IMG/VR virus record: IMGVR_UViG_3300002220_006884
Direction: 5' to 3' (one strand)
Origin: an uncultured virus (IMG/VR IMGVR_UViG_3300002220_006884)
Lineage: Duplodnaviria > Heunggongvirae > Uroviricota > Caudoviricetes
Length of the DNA: 64,000 bases
Position 1 is the stretch's first letter. Every line of letters begins with the position of its first letter. Made by a program: the position numbers and the translations under genes. Under the pieces are notes generated by a model that was not told the DNA's origin, did not search any database, and was given only the letters and a program-made list of their open reading frames with translations. Shown piece after piece: positions 10,216 to 20,372 of this stretch.

Positions 10216-10935
10216 TCAAATTTTTAAAACTTTTTTAATTTTAGAATAAAAAGGAATATCTGTTTCAAGATTATTTTTCAAATTAATGATAGATAGGTTT
10301 TTATAAATTAAGTCAATTTCTTGAGATAGTTCACTAGAATTTAAATTAATATTAAAATCTTTATAAAAATTATCATTTTTACGATAATGAATAATTTTAG
10401 AAAACAACTTAGAAAGGTCATCCATCTTGGTGATGGAATCAAACTCAGATTTAGAATAAAGAGACAAACTTTTCCATAAATCCCAAACTTGTGTATTTTT
10501 ATTGATAAAATATTTTGTATGCTGAGTATGAAATTCAGAGTTAGACCAAACAATAGTTGAATATTTTAAAATATTAGCAATTTGTGGTTCAGTAAAGCTA
10601 TATCTTGAGTAAATAGACTCAATTTTGTCGGAAGAAATAGGATGAAGAAATTCCAATCTGGTTAATAATTTAGAACGATGAAACTCCCAATCAAACTCAT
10701 CAGTTAAATTAGTTAATTGCAAAAGCCATTGAGAAGTATAGATGTGAAGTTCATTAAATAGCTCAGTGAAAGATAAAAGATTAACACCTTTAACAATAGA
10801 ATCTTTATTAGAAAAAAATAAAAACTCTTGAACATGAGTCGGGATAGGCTCCCTACGTGTAATCATAACTGCAATCTTATACACATAATCATCATTACGA
10901 GAAAAGAAGTTGCGATTAAAACTAAGGATATCCAT
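10216..10935 (-). CDS. Hypothetical protein with basic KI C-terminus
   Basis: 239 aa ORF ending KIKKVLKI. Confidence 0.6.
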   Translation of the reverse strand: MDILSFNRNFFSRNDDYVYKIAVMITRREPIPTHVQEFLFFSNKDSIVKGVNLLSFTELFNELHIYTSQWLLQLTNLTDEFDWEFHRSKLLTRLEFLHPISSDKIESIYSRYSFTEPQIANILKYSTIVWSNSEFHTQHTKYFINKNTQVWDLWKSLSLYSKSEFDSITKMDDLSKLFSKIIHYRKNDNFYKDFNINLNSSELSQEIDLIYKNLSIINLKNNLETDIPFYSKIKKVLKI

Positions 10936-10940
10936 TATAG

Positions 10941-11156
10941 TTAATTATGAGCTAATTGGAATCGTTTTTGAAAGGTAAAAAGATCTTTAGTCCAAAGATT
11001 ATCGGCTTCATCAATATAAGTGACTTTATTTTCTAGTTCTTCAGAAGAAGGTTTTAAGCTAACAATTTCAACTTCATGAGATGAAAAGCGCCCAATCCAA
11101 ATTTCACCTGGATTGATTAAGGAAGATTGCTTGATTTGAGTAGGTTGCTGCTTCAT
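10941..11156 (-). CDS. Small hypothetical protein
   Basis: AGGAGG RBS and upstream TATAAT. Confidence 0.6.
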   Translation of the reverse strand: MKQQPTQIKQSSLINPGEIWIGRFSSHEVEIVSLKPSSEELENKVTYIDEADNLWTKDLFTFQKRFQLAHN

Positions 11157-11275
11157 AATACCTCCTAAATTTTAATTATTATAACATGAAAGAATAGAAT
11201 TTTAAGAATTTTTTAGTTAGCCAACATAAGTAATTTTTTGGTATAATAGCGGTTCAATCACAATGGAGAATTAAA

Positions 11276-11650
11276 ATGGAAATTAAGTATTCAAAAGTAA
11301 GTCAAACCATTCCTAAAAAATGTTTCAAAATTGAGATTGAATATGAACATGGAGATGCTGATTCTCAAAATACTGATACAGTTACACTAAAAGATTGTTC
11401 AGAAGTAGATTTCATTGAATATGTTAAAAAATTTGATGAACTAAAAGAAATGATTAATCATAGTCGTAGTTATGGTGAGGAACTACCTGATGATTTTGAA
11501 TCAATGTGTAAGGTTGGTAAATATTATATCCCTGTAGAGTTAGATGCATATGCCAAGATGCACATGAGTGGTTATTATGCAAATATGAGAATTAATAGCA
11601 TTTCCTATTTTAATGAAAATGGAGAAGAATTTCTTGTGGAAATTAAGTAA
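11276..11650 (+). CDS. Hypothetical protein
   Basis: GGAG RBS, own GGTATAAT promoter. Confidence 0.65.
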   Translation: MEIKYSKVSQTIPKKCFKIEIEYEHGDADSQNTDTVTLKDCSEVDFIEYVKKFDELKEMINHSRSYGEELPDDFESMCKVGKYYIPVELDAYAKMHMSGYYANMRINSISYFNENGEEFLVEIK

Positions 11651-11718
11651 AAAAAGCTGTACAAGTTAGAAAATAGGTATATAATAACTACATCGCAAAC
11701 AAACAGGAGTAAATGAAA

Positions 11719-11868
11719 ATGCAAGGTTCCAAAGCTGATTCTTTCCAGAAGAATGCAAAGCGTAGCAAGGGTTTTGATGATGGTTACACAGGTCGTCGTA
11801 ACAATAAGAAGCAAGACTATCATCGTCAGGAACGTGTTAAAGGGAATAAACAAAAGTTTGCTGAATAA
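11719..11868 (+). CDS. 49 aa basic protein MQGSKADSFQK..., missed by ORF track
   Basis: CAGGAG RBS, TGTACA/TATAAT promoter, terminator-like hairpin after; paralog at 45355. Confidence 0.7.
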   Translation: MQGSKADSFQKNAKRSKGFDDGYTGRRNNKKQDYHRQERVKGNKQKFAE

Positions 11869-12057
11869 TTTAAAATAAAGAGTCCAGATAATTTCTGGAT
11901 TTTTTATGGAAAGAAAAAATGAAGAAGATAGTTATGACTGAAGATGACTATAAAGAGATAGAAAAAGGTAAAAGTGAGATTTCAGTAACAGATATGTATG
12001 GAATCTTAATTGTTTTATTGTTGGTAGTTTATTTTTGTTTTCAAATAAAGGGTTAAT

Positions 12058-12402
12058 ATGAAAATTCTAATTGCGATTATGTGTATGGCTATTAGTGCCA
12101 CAGTAAGTGCCAAAGGTTCATCACATGTTCAAGATGGAGATGAGTCAAAAGCTATTGGGTCATGTATGGTTAAAGTAGATGATGCTAATACCGTAAGATT
12201 TTTAAATGTGAATTACATCCGAGCAATTGAAATTGTTAAAGGTGAATCACGAGAAGCAGATCCAAAAGTTGTAGTAATTAGGATGGGTTCAAATTATAAC
12301 AATCGTTCTTCATATGCAATTGCTTATGCAAGCGAGCAAAAAGCAAATGATGCTTTAGAAGATTTCGCTTATAAAGTTAACAATTGTGGTAAAAAGAATT
12401 AA
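12058..12402 (+). CDS. Exported hypothetical protein
   Basis: Signal peptide MKILIAIMCMAISATVSA. Confidence 0.65.
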   Translation: MKILIAIMCMAISATVSAKGSSHVQDGDESKAIGSCMVKVDDANTVRFLNVNYIRAIEIVKGESREADPKVVVIRMGSNYNNRSSYAIAYASEQKANDALEDFAYKVNNCGKKN

Positions 12403-12448
12403 TCACTAATTGAAGATAAGAAAAAAGAGAACATTTAGTTCTCTTTTT

Positions 12449-13024
12449 TTATTTTTGCATTTTAGGTCTACGATTAAAATTAATTTCAACAATATGATCA
12501 CCATATTCATCTAACATATTTTTATTGAAATCAACTTTTCCCCAAACTTTTTGATAAAAAGCTATAGTGTCTTTCATATCTCGTTTGGCGAATGCAATTT
12601 TATATTTACATTCAAGTTCATCCATTTTATTTAAACAATCTTCAAGCAATAGTCTCCCAAAACCATTTCCTTGAAAATTTGTATCTATAGCAAAAAGTTG
12701 AAGTAAGCCTTTTTTAGAATCTACATTACCAACCAACAAATAAAACCCAATTATTTTTGATTCAGAAACAAGAACTTTCCAGCAACTCCAATCAACCCCT
12801 TTATTATCTAAGACTTCATACCAATCTTTTATATAAGCTGGGACATGAGGTAAAAATTTATCACCGATAGAGTTATTATATATATCAAGACAAAGATTAA
12901 CCTTATCTTGATTATTTAGATTTTCTGTATCTAGTTCTAATATTTGTATATCAGTTGTAGATTTATTCAGATAGCCTCCATTCACCAAACATATCATCGG
13001 CATAATAGACATTAAATTTTGCAA
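12449..13024 (-). CDS. GNAT acetyltransferase (paralog of 43745..44281); start uncertain
   Basis: LFAIDTNFQGNGFGR motif; near-collinear with the 43745 protein. Confidence 0.75.
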   Translation of the reverse strand: MQNLMSIMPMICLVNGGYLNKSTTDIQILELDTENLNNQDKVNLCLDIYNNSIGDKFLPHVPAYIKDWYEVLDNKGVDWSCWKVLVSESKIIGFYLLVGNVDSKKGLLQLFAIDTNFQGNGFGRLLLEDCLNKMDELECKYKIAFAKRDMKDTIAFYQKVWGKVDFNKNMLDEYGDHIVEINFNRRPKMQK

Positions 13025-13163
13025 GTGAAGATTTAAGGGAATAAAGACTTTCCAATGTTCCAGCCCAACCCCCAGAAACTTTATTGTTTACAATTTCAGA
13101 TAAAATAATGGACATAGCTTCATTTTGTCCATAATCTTCATATTTTTTTAAAAGATATTTCAT
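12963..13163 (-). CDS. Small hypothetical protein (paralog of 39611..39811)
   Basis: Shared GW-x-G...Y-x-DD-x-x-GEW pattern. Confidence 0.65.
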   Translation of the reverse strand: MKYLLKKYEDYGQNEAMSIILSEIVNNKVSGGWAGTLESLYSLKSSLAKFNVYYADDMFGEWRLSE

Positions 13164-13167
13164 TTAT

Positions 13168-13599
13168 TTAAGCCTTTTCAAAAATATAACCATCTAAACA
13201 GTTATCAATTTTTTCACCACAATGAGAACCCTTTTGGGAATCCCACATTTTAGTTAGTGCCTTTTCTGATAGGAATCCAACATCGAAAAGTTCAGCTAAA
13301 ATTTGCATATCAACATTTGTAGTCTTGCTGCGAATAGCATAGATATACATTACTGCTGAACCTGGAGACTGAGACAGATACATTAAAAAAACTTTAACAG
13401 CATCACTCATTTTTAAACCAATAAATTCTGCTCGCTTATCAATAAGTTGAAAAAGAAATTCTTTTTTAACTGATTCAAAATTCATATTTTGTTTGCGTTC
13501 AGCCATAATCAAATTAGTGAAAATAGAGGCAACCTCTTTACTCATAAGTTGATTGGCATTTTCAAAAAATTCTTTAGACCATTTTTTCATATCAAACAT
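13168..13599 (-). CDS. Hypothetical protein
   Basis: GAGG RBS, upstream TATAAT. Confidence 0.6.
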   Translation of the reverse strand: MFDMKKWSKEFFENANQLMSKEVASIFTNLIMAERKQNMNFESVKKEFLFQLIDKRAEFIGLKMSDAVKVFLMYLSQSPGSAVMYIYAIRSKTTNVDMQILAELFDVGFLSEKALTKMWDSQKGSHCGEKIDNCLDGYIFEKA

Positions 13600-13664
13600 A
13601 ATAAATCCTCGTTAGTTGAATGGGGTTATTATATCACAAGCAGATAGTAAAAATGTGAAAAATT

Positions 13665-14384
13665 TTATGATCTATAAGAATTTTGCTGAATAATTGGACT
13701 GTGTTTATTATTGTTGATTTCTTTCATATTAGTAGAAAAAGAATTTATTTTTTGAGCAATAAAGTTTTTATAGCTAAACCCAGTAAATCCGAGTAAAAAA
13801 TCAGCCATTATGAAAAGTGTTGAACCATAAACTATTAATCCAAATATTAATTTTACTTTATTGTGTTTTCTACGTTGATATAACTGTTGTTGATATAACT
13901 CATTATTTTGTTGTTGTTGTAATGAAGCTTGCTCAAAAAGTTTTACTAGTTCTTGTGGATATACTGTAGGTTGTTGAGTTGGTGGAGTTCTAGATTCTTC
14001 TTTATTTTTTCTCAATATTTGATTTTTAAAATGTTCATTTTCTTTATTTTTTTGAGCCAATAAATCTTCATATTGTTTTTTAAGAAATTTTTCCTTATTA
14101 GCCATTTTCTTTTGTTCTTCTATGCGAATTCGTTCTTCAATCTTGTTTTTTTCATTAATTTTTTGTTGGTTAATATATAAGTCATAAATTAATTTATCTT
14201 GTGGATTTGATAAGACAGTATATGCCTTATTAACCAATTTCATAAATTCTTGAGAATCAGTAGATGGATTTTTATCTGGATGATTTTTTTGAGCTAATAT
14301 TTTATAAGCAGCCTTAATGACTTCTGGGCTGGCATCAGTTCTTACTTCCAGTATTTCATAAAAATTTTTTTCCATAATAACCAA
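13665..14384 (-). CDS. J-domain (DnaJ-like) membrane-anchored protein
   Basis: NFYEILEV...IKAAYK...HPDKN J-domain, coiled coil, C-terminal hydrophobic helix. Confidence 0.85.
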   Translation of the reverse strand: MVIMEKNFYEILEVRTDASPEVIKAAYKILAQKNHPDKNPSTDSQEFMKLVNKAYTVLSNPQDKLIYDLYINQQKINEKNKIEERIRIEEQKKMANKEKFLKKQYEDLLAQKNKENEHFKNQILRKNKEESRTPPTQQPTVYPQELVKLFEQASLQQQQNNELYQQQLYQRRKHNKVKLIFGLIVYGSTLFIMADFLLGFTGFSYKNFIAQKINSFSTNMKEINNNKHSPIIQQNSYRS

Positions 14385-14483
14385 ATCTATAATGTTTGAA
14401 CTAACTTAAAAAAATAAAAAATAAAATCAACCAATCAAGAAAAGTATGTTAAAATAAATCATTAAAAATTTTGGAGAAAAATC

Positions 14484-15134
14484 ATGGGTATGGATGTTAG
14501 TCACTATATGGTTAAACGTGTAGTTCCAGAATCAGAAATTAAAATTCAGATTTCTGAAGGTGGTTGGATTGAGCTTCCTGATGGGTTCCATAAAATAGAT
14601 GTAAATAGTAGAACTATTGATTGGATGAATAAAAATTCTTTTGATGAGAAAAATATTCAAGTCATTCAAGAGTTTGATTGGGAGAAATGGGAAAAAGAAA
14701 ATCCACAATATGAAAATTATGATTTTTATGATTACTGTGTTTATGGAGATAATGAACACTGGATTCAGCTAACTTCTCCAGAAGGTGAAAGTATTCTGTT
14801 GAATGAAGGGTTTCCATATAAAAATGTTTCTTATATTGTGGTTGAATCAAAAGAGATTGGTTATATGAGAAAACCATTTCGTCATTCTGATGAAGAAAGT
14901 TATAAGGAAGGTGATGCCATTGTTATAACTGTAACAAACTTTTCAGAAAAGGGATTAGATGGTTATTCTGAATTAAAGAAAATGGATGAAGAACAAACAG
15001 AAAAAGCAAATGTTTATTTGTTTGATAAGAATCAAGTACGATCATTACAGAAGTATTCTTATGATGAAAAGGTTTACCAAAGTAATTTTATTGAAGATTG
15101 GACAGATAAAAGCTACATTAATTTTAATTGGTAA
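14484..15134 (+). CDS. Hypothetical phage-like protein (MGMD N-terminus)
   Basis: GGAG RBS; MG-x-D start and C-terminal W shared with 49932..50393. Confidence 0.6.
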   Translation: MGMDVSHYMVKRVVPESEIKIQISEGGWIELPDGFHKIDVNSRTIDWMNKNSFDEKNIQVIQEFDWEKWEKENPQYENYDFYDYCVYGDNEHWIQLTSPEGESILLNEGFPYKNVSYIVVESKEIGYMRKPFRHSDEESYKEGDAIVITVTNFSEKGLDGYSELKKMDEEQTEKANVYLFDKNQVRSLQKYSYDEKVYQSNFIEDWTDKSYINFNW

Positions 15135-15181
15135 GATTAATAATATTTAAGAAGAAAGCCTGGTTCCCCAGGCTTTTTTAT

Positions 15182-17395
15182 TTATATCTTCATTTTTTTA
15201 GCAGCAGGTTTATTATTATCTTCAATATCAGGAACAGTCTCTTTAATAGAATTATAGAAAATATATGATTTTAAGTGTTGATAAAAATTTTCGCTAACAT
15301 TTTGATTTTCAAAAAACTTATTAATAAATAGTGGAACTTCATTTTTCAAATCAATATTTCCAGAATCCATAATTTTAGCAAATTCTAAAGAAAAGTTAAT
15401 GTCATTGAAAAACTCTTTAGGTACAAGAGAAATAGTTTTAGGTTTTAATTGAATAAAGAAAAGAGCCATTTCTTGGTTATATTGTAATGATTCAGATACA
15501 TCTTGATAATTAATATTATCAAAACTAGTTAATCTTTTTACCAAAGGAATATTGTTTTTCAATTCTGGATGTAATGCATTATAAAAAGATTTAGTATTAA
15601 AATAATAATTTAAATGAAGATTATCAATATTATCTAATAACTCATTAACATCATCTAAAGATTTCATTTTTCCTAAAAGCTTATCTCTAGCTTTATTTTC
15701 TTTAGACCAATCATTTTTCTGAAAGAAAGAATATTCTAATTTGTCATATTTTTGATTAAAGGCAGCAATTTCATTAATATCATCAAAAACATAACGACCA
15801 CATTTCCCATTTAGACCATGTTCAATAAGGAATTCAACTTTAAATAATTCTTTATCATGAGAATCTTTATTAAGGAAATGTTTGGACATTACTTTTGTAG
15901 GAATATTATAAAGCTTAGTTCCACTTTGAGCGGCTAACATAATAACATCTAAATCTCCAGCAAATTTACTAAAAAGATTATTATTTTTAATTTGTTCATA
16001 GAAGTCCTGTTTTCTTTCCATAATATCCAAAACAAATTGTTTATCTATTTGATCTTTTTGAATAAAATTATGAACAATATCAGATATTTTATATGCTCTC
16101 ATAGAATGAGCATTTTTCAAAACAAAATCTTTATTAGAAAGAAGGGTATTAGTTACATTATTTTTATTCAATAAATTTTTAAATTCATCCATTCTAATAT
16201 GATTTAAAACAGGTGCTAAAATAGATTCATCATTAAATTTTTGAAGTGGAATTTTGAATAATTCATCAGAATTGATGTAGTAGTCATTATTCATAGTCTT
16301 ACTTGTAATTTGAGATATATATTTTTTAATAATGGTATTATCTTCTTTATACTTTGGTTCAAATAATTCATAGCAACCTGGCAAAGAAAATTCTTTATCA
16401 TATCTTGATGAACTACTGTGATATTTATCCATTAAATGTTCTACAACATTTTCTTGATTTATAAGTTTTTTAAAATCTATTTTAGCAAGAGATTCTTTAT
16501 GTGCATATTGATTTCTATTGTAACCTTGAGTGTTATTAATCTTAAATAACTCATCTAATAAAACGAATCTTTTATTATCAATATCATCTTGTATTTTCTT
16601 TAAAAACATAGGTTGAGAAAAATCAATAGAAAATATAGTTGGATATTTACTATGAATAATTACCTTATCTAAAAATGAATCATTTAGGTTTAGTAAGGAT
16701 AATTTAAATTCATCAGATTGAACAATAGAGTTATTAGCTTTTTTAATCAAATTAAAAAAATCATTTTCAGCAGTACTTTCTTTACCATACTTGTTACCTT
16801 TTAATATTTCTGTAACTTTTTCTAATAAGAAATTTTGGTTTGCATATAAATCGGGAGAATCTTCTTTCCAGAAAAATCTATCTTTTTCAGTAACTTTATC
16901 TTTTTGAGCTTTTTCTTCATTTGAGATAACTTTAGTTTGAAGAAAAATGGAACTTAATTTTCCAAGTTCAATATCTTGAGCCTTTTCAGGATTTTTATTT
17001 TGAACAGTCACATCATTTTTAATATCAATAAGCTTATGTCTTTTAATTAAGAGTGAGTTATCACCATCTTCAGTTAGTGAAAGAAGAATATTTGATTCTT
17101 TACGATATATGGACTTAATACATTCAAAAACACCATTTTCAAAAACATTAGGATTATTTAAATCAACAGAAATAAACTTTTGTTCAGTTGAATTAATGAT
17201 ATATAGAGCTAAATTTTTCAACAATTGCTCTTTCGTATCAGTAGATGGCTCAAAAATCTTCATTTGTTTTGGTTGTTCAACAAAATTTTTAATTTCATCA
17301 AGCTGAACAATGATTTTTTGATCACCATAATTAACACCATCAGTTAAAGGGTCAATTATTTTAATAAATTCTTTAGTTTTAATTTGAGTTTTCAT
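15182..17395 (-). CDS. Large helical-repeat protein (DUF4116-like repeats possible), basic KI tail
   Basis: Repeats such as LLSNKDFVL, LQYNQEMAL, FFNDINFSL; ends AAKKMKI. Confidence 0.6.
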   Translation of the reverse strand: MKTQIKTKEFIKIIDPLTDGVNYGDQKIIVQLDEIKNFVEQPKQMKIFEPSTDTKEQLLKNLALYIINSTEQKFISVDLNNPNVFENGVFECIKSIYRKESNILLSLTEDGDNSLLIKRHKLIDIKNDVTVQNKNPEKAQDIELGKLSSIFLQTKVISNEEKAQKDKVTEKDRFFWKEDSPDLYANQNFLLEKVTEILKGNKYGKESTAENDFFNLIKKANNSIVQSDEFKLSLLNLNDSFLDKVIIHSKYPTIFSIDFSQPMFLKKIQDDIDNKRFVLLDELFKINNTQGYNRNQYAHKESLAKIDFKKLINQENVVEHLMDKYHSSSSRYDKEFSLPGCYELFEPKYKEDNTIIKKYISQITSKTMNNDYYINSDELFKIPLQKFNDESILAPVLNHIRMDEFKNLLNKNNVTNTLLSNKDFVLKNAHSMRAYKISDIVHNFIQKDQIDKQFVLDIMERKQDFYEQIKNNNLFSKFAGDLDVIMLAAQSGTKLYNIPTKVMSKHFLNKDSHDKELFKVEFLIEHGLNGKCGRYVFDDINEIAAFNQKYDKLEYSFFQKNDWSKENKARDKLLGKMKSLDDVNELLDNIDNLHLNYYFNTKSFYNALHPELKNNIPLVKRLTSFDNINYQDVSESLQYNQEMALFFIQLKPKTISLVPKEFFNDINFSLEFAKIMDSGNIDLKNEVPLFINKFFENQNVSENFYQHLKSYIFYNSIKETVPDIEDNNKPAAKKMKI

Positions 17396-17517
17396 ATTTT
17401 GTACAATCTATATAAGTATTTATAAATTATATCAAAGCAAGCAGTAAACTCAAATTTTTAAGCAAAAAATATAGAATGATGTTATAATGAATTCATCTAA
17501 AAAAACAGGAGTAAGTC

Positions 17518-17889
17518 ATGAGTGTTCAAATGAATCAATATCTGGCCTTTGGTTACTATCTTGATTATAAAAAGTCAGATAAAGTCCTGCGTGAAAAGTA
17601 TAGTGAAGATGAGCGAGATGAAATCTTTGATAAGTATCATGATTCAGCCTTCAAAACTGAAATTACAGAAATCAATGGTTGTTCTTTAATTTCTGATGGG
17701 ATGAATGGTAAATATAACTTTTTTGGTAAGATTTTTGATAAATCAACAGTTTATGAACCACTTGATACACAATTTATGCCAAAAGTTACAAAAAAAATCA
17801 AAGAAAATCTTAAAAAAGAATTGATTGGAATTTTTGGAACAGATTTTGATATTGTTCCTGAAGTAATTATTCTTACTCACTACCGATAA
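17518..17889 (+). CDS. Hypothetical protein
   Basis: AGGAG RBS, promoter upstream. Confidence 0.65.
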   Translation: MSVQMNQYLAFGYYLDYKKSDKVLREKYSEDERDEIFDKYHDSAFKTEITEINGCSLISDGMNGKYNFFGKIFDKSTVYEPLDTQFMPKVTKKIKENLKKELIGIFGTDFDIVPEVIILTHYR

Positions 17890-17900
17890 TAAGGAAAAAT

Positions 17901-18302
17901 ATGAATAAAATTATTGATCATGCTGTAGATACTTTTTCAAGTATTGTTCGTTTTGACAAAGATGATGGTGAATGGATTGCTGAAAACATTAAAGAAATCA
18001 TGACAGATTTTTACAATATCAATCCAGGAAGCCCTGTATTTATTCAAAAATATGTTAAGGAAAAATTTGGCGAAGATAAAATAAAAGTAGTAATAACCAA
18101 ATTAACACCATATATTAGTGGTCCTTATGGTGTATTAGATATGACCTATGAAGATAAAGATGGAAAACTTGTTTCTCTCACATCTATTCGTAATTGGCTG
18201 GAAGATGAAACAGAAGAAGGTAAAAAGTATATTGTTGATGGCGAACAAAAATATACACCAGAAGAAGTTTTAGTAGTATTCCGTCGCAATGATAAAATGT
18301 AA
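17901..18302 (+). CDS. Hypothetical protein
   Basis: AAGGA RBS, operonic. Confidence 0.65.
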   Translation: MNKIIDHAVDTFSSIVRFDKDDGEWIAENIKEIMTDFYNINPGSPVFIQKYVKEKFGEDKIKVVITKLTPYISGPYGVLDMTYEDKDGKLVSLTSIRNWLEDETEEGKKYIVDGEQKYTPEEVLVVFRRNDKM

Positions 18303-18333
18303 GTAATTTCAACCTTAAATATAGGAGAAAAAT

Positions 18334-18543
18334 ATGGAACCAAAAACAAAAGTTCTAATTATTGAAAGTGAAGCTGGTTGGGGTCAAAAAGTTGATGAGG
18401 TATTGGAATTTCCAACACCAGAAGAAGCTGAAAAATATGTTCGTGAATATAATCGCAAACATAATCCAGTAATGGAAAATACACCAGAATGGTATATGTA
18501 TGCCAAATTAGAAAACGATAATGGATATGGAATGATGCGTTAA
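18334..18543 (+). CDS. Small hypothetical protein
   Basis: AGGAG RBS, followed by hairpin terminator. Confidence 0.65.
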   Translation: MEPKTKVLIIESEAGWGQKVDEVLEFPTPEEAEKYVREYNRKHNPVMENTPEWYMYAKLENDNGYGMMR

Positions 18544-18581
18544 TTGTGAAAACTTAAGCCTGCAATTGCAGGCTTATTTAT

Positions 18582-18776
18582 TTAAAAATAATTTAATAAA
18601 TCAATTTGTCGCCTACCTGAATTGATTCGTGAGTTTTTTCTACGATCATCAAAACGATAATCGTTAGGAATCTCCAAGGTTATTTTATTTCTATAATTCA
18701 AATCTAATTCAAAATATAATGCAGACATTTTCAAAAAAGAATGAACAATGTAGTTAGGATTGGCATCAAGTATCAT
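18582..18776 (-). CDS. Small hypothetical protein
   Basis: AGGAG RBS. Confidence 0.5.
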   Translation of the reverse strand: MILDANPNYIVHSFLKMSALYFELDLNYRNKITLEIPNDYRFDDRRKNSRINSGRRQIDLLNYF

Positions 18777-18872
18777 GATATTTCTCCTTTTAAAAAAAGA
18801 ACATAAACTCTAGTCTAATATATACAACTTTCAATAATATTAGTCAACAATTTTATTAATTTAGAAATAGTT

Positions 18873-19409
18873 TTACTTAGAATTTAATAGCTTCCAAGTT
18901 AAAATTTCTGCTACATCTCCAGGTGAAATGTAATTAACCCAAGCACCATCCATATTAAATTTTGCATCTTTAGTTCGTGATGCAGAAATGAACTCATAAA
19001 CTTGGCTTAAAGATTCTTTATCTTCTAGATTGATAAGTTTATACATATTAAGAAATTTTTTCTCAATAGAACGTTGGCAATCCCTGCAAAGGTGCCAATT
19101 ACTTTTAGCTTCATGAAATTTTGCAAGTTCAGTACGAGGGAAAATAGATTTAAGATGAAAACTCATTTTCATCCCTTTAAGTTTTGTTACATTCAAGATG
19201 TATTCTTTCCAAATGTGATTAAGTTCACCACGAAGAAGGTTTACACTTACTTCTCTTTTATGATAATAACCATCAATTTCTTTGGCATAAGCAACCAGAC
19301 AAGATGGAAAAGAATGTTCATTTAACAAAACTTCTTTGGAAAGATTCTTTGACCTAAGTTGATTTAACATAGTGAACTCTGTGTTGTGTTTACTTGGTAA
19401 TTCTATCAT
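18873..19409 (-). CDS. Hypothetical protein
   Basis: 178 aa ORF. Confidence 0.55.
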   Translation of the reverse strand: MIELPSKHNTEFTMLNQLRSKNLSKEVLLNEHSFPSCLVAYAKEIDGYYHKREVSVNLLRGELNHIWKEYILNVTKLKGMKMSFHLKSIFPRTELAKFHEAKSNWHLCRDCQRSIEKKFLNMYKLINLEDKESLSQVYEFISASRTKDAKFNMDGAWVNYISPGDVAEILTWKLLNSK

Positions 19410-19529
19410 ACTTAAACATTTTAAAGTGTAAAAGCCTACGAAAAAATAAATATATCAATCTGATATAATTTGTTTGTATTGGTTACTTGGAATACCATTG
19501 TATTTTAACTTTACTATTTCAACTGTAAG

Positions 19530-19558
19530 GCACCGTCCTTTAGGTGGGTGTGATTCAC
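19530..19558 (+). mobile_element. Solo IS200/IS605 right-end remnant
   Basis: GCACCGTCCTTTAGGTGGGTGTGATTCAC, 28/29 identical to the tnpB element right end at 23883-23911. Confidence 0.8.
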
Positions 19559-19673
19559 TATTAATTAACATTAGTCCTAGTATTACTAGAGTATTAAAAA
19601 AATGAAAAAACAGTTGTATTTCAAAAAAATCAGGATTATAATGGACTCATTACTTAGTTTGTAGGAGATAAAT

Positions 19674-19850
19674 ATGAAGCAATCCCCAAAATCATGTAGC
19701 TGTTCAGCATGTCGTCGTGGAAAAGGAACTAAAACTGGTAAGTTCTTTATGAAAAAAGAAGAACGTGGTTTTCGTCATAATGCTAAGGTTGCCTTAAGCA
19801 AAGGTAAAGAAGAAATTGGTGTAGCACCAATGGGTTCATACTACGATTAA
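19674..19850 (+). CDS. 58 aa basic Cys-containing protein, missed by ORF track
   Basis: AGGAG RBS, TATAAT promoter; MKQSPKSCSCSACRRGKG... Confidence 0.65.
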   Translation: MKQSPKSCSCSACRRGKGTKTGKFFMKKEERGFRHNAKVALSKGKEEIGVAPMGSYYD

Positions 19851-20018
19851 TCCAAGAAATGACTCATCCACCAGGATGTAGTTATTTTACTCTTAGTAAT
19901 TCAAGCAATTATTAAAACTAAAATAATTACTTCTCACAAAGAAGAATTTAAAATGTTAACTCAAAAAGTTATGAACAAAAACAAGGGGTAAAAATTTTAA
20001 TATTTTCAAGGATAAAAA

Positions 20019-20228
20019 GTGCATGAATTAATTATAGATAAAAATGTAACTAATTTCACCAGTTACATGAGTGATGAAAAAATGGCTGGCGGTCCAGAGT
20101 ATAAGTGTATCGTTGAGTGTGATATAAATGGTGTTAGATACAAAGTTGCTTTTGCCACCATAGATCCAGAGAATGCAATACAGTTTGCTAAATCCTATTT
20201 TAAAATGCTAAGATGGGAGCCTAAGTGA
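20019..20228 (+). CDS. Small hypothetical protein (paralog of 20922..21122)
   Basis: NFT-x-Y-x-S...C-x-VEC-x-I-x-G...DP-x-x-AI shared. Confidence 0.65.
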   Translation: MHELIIDKNVTNFTSYMSDEKMAGGPEYKCIVECDINGVRYKVAFATIDPENAIQFAKSYFKMLRWEPK

Positions 20229-20372
20229 AGTAATTGGATATTCCGAATACCCAAGTAATTTAATTAAAAAGTAAATAAGAAAAAAGCTCAGAGCATTCTG
20301 AGCTTTTCTTTTAAATGTTCAAAATATTATGAAAGACAAATATTTTGATTTTTTAGAATATCTTATTGAACT

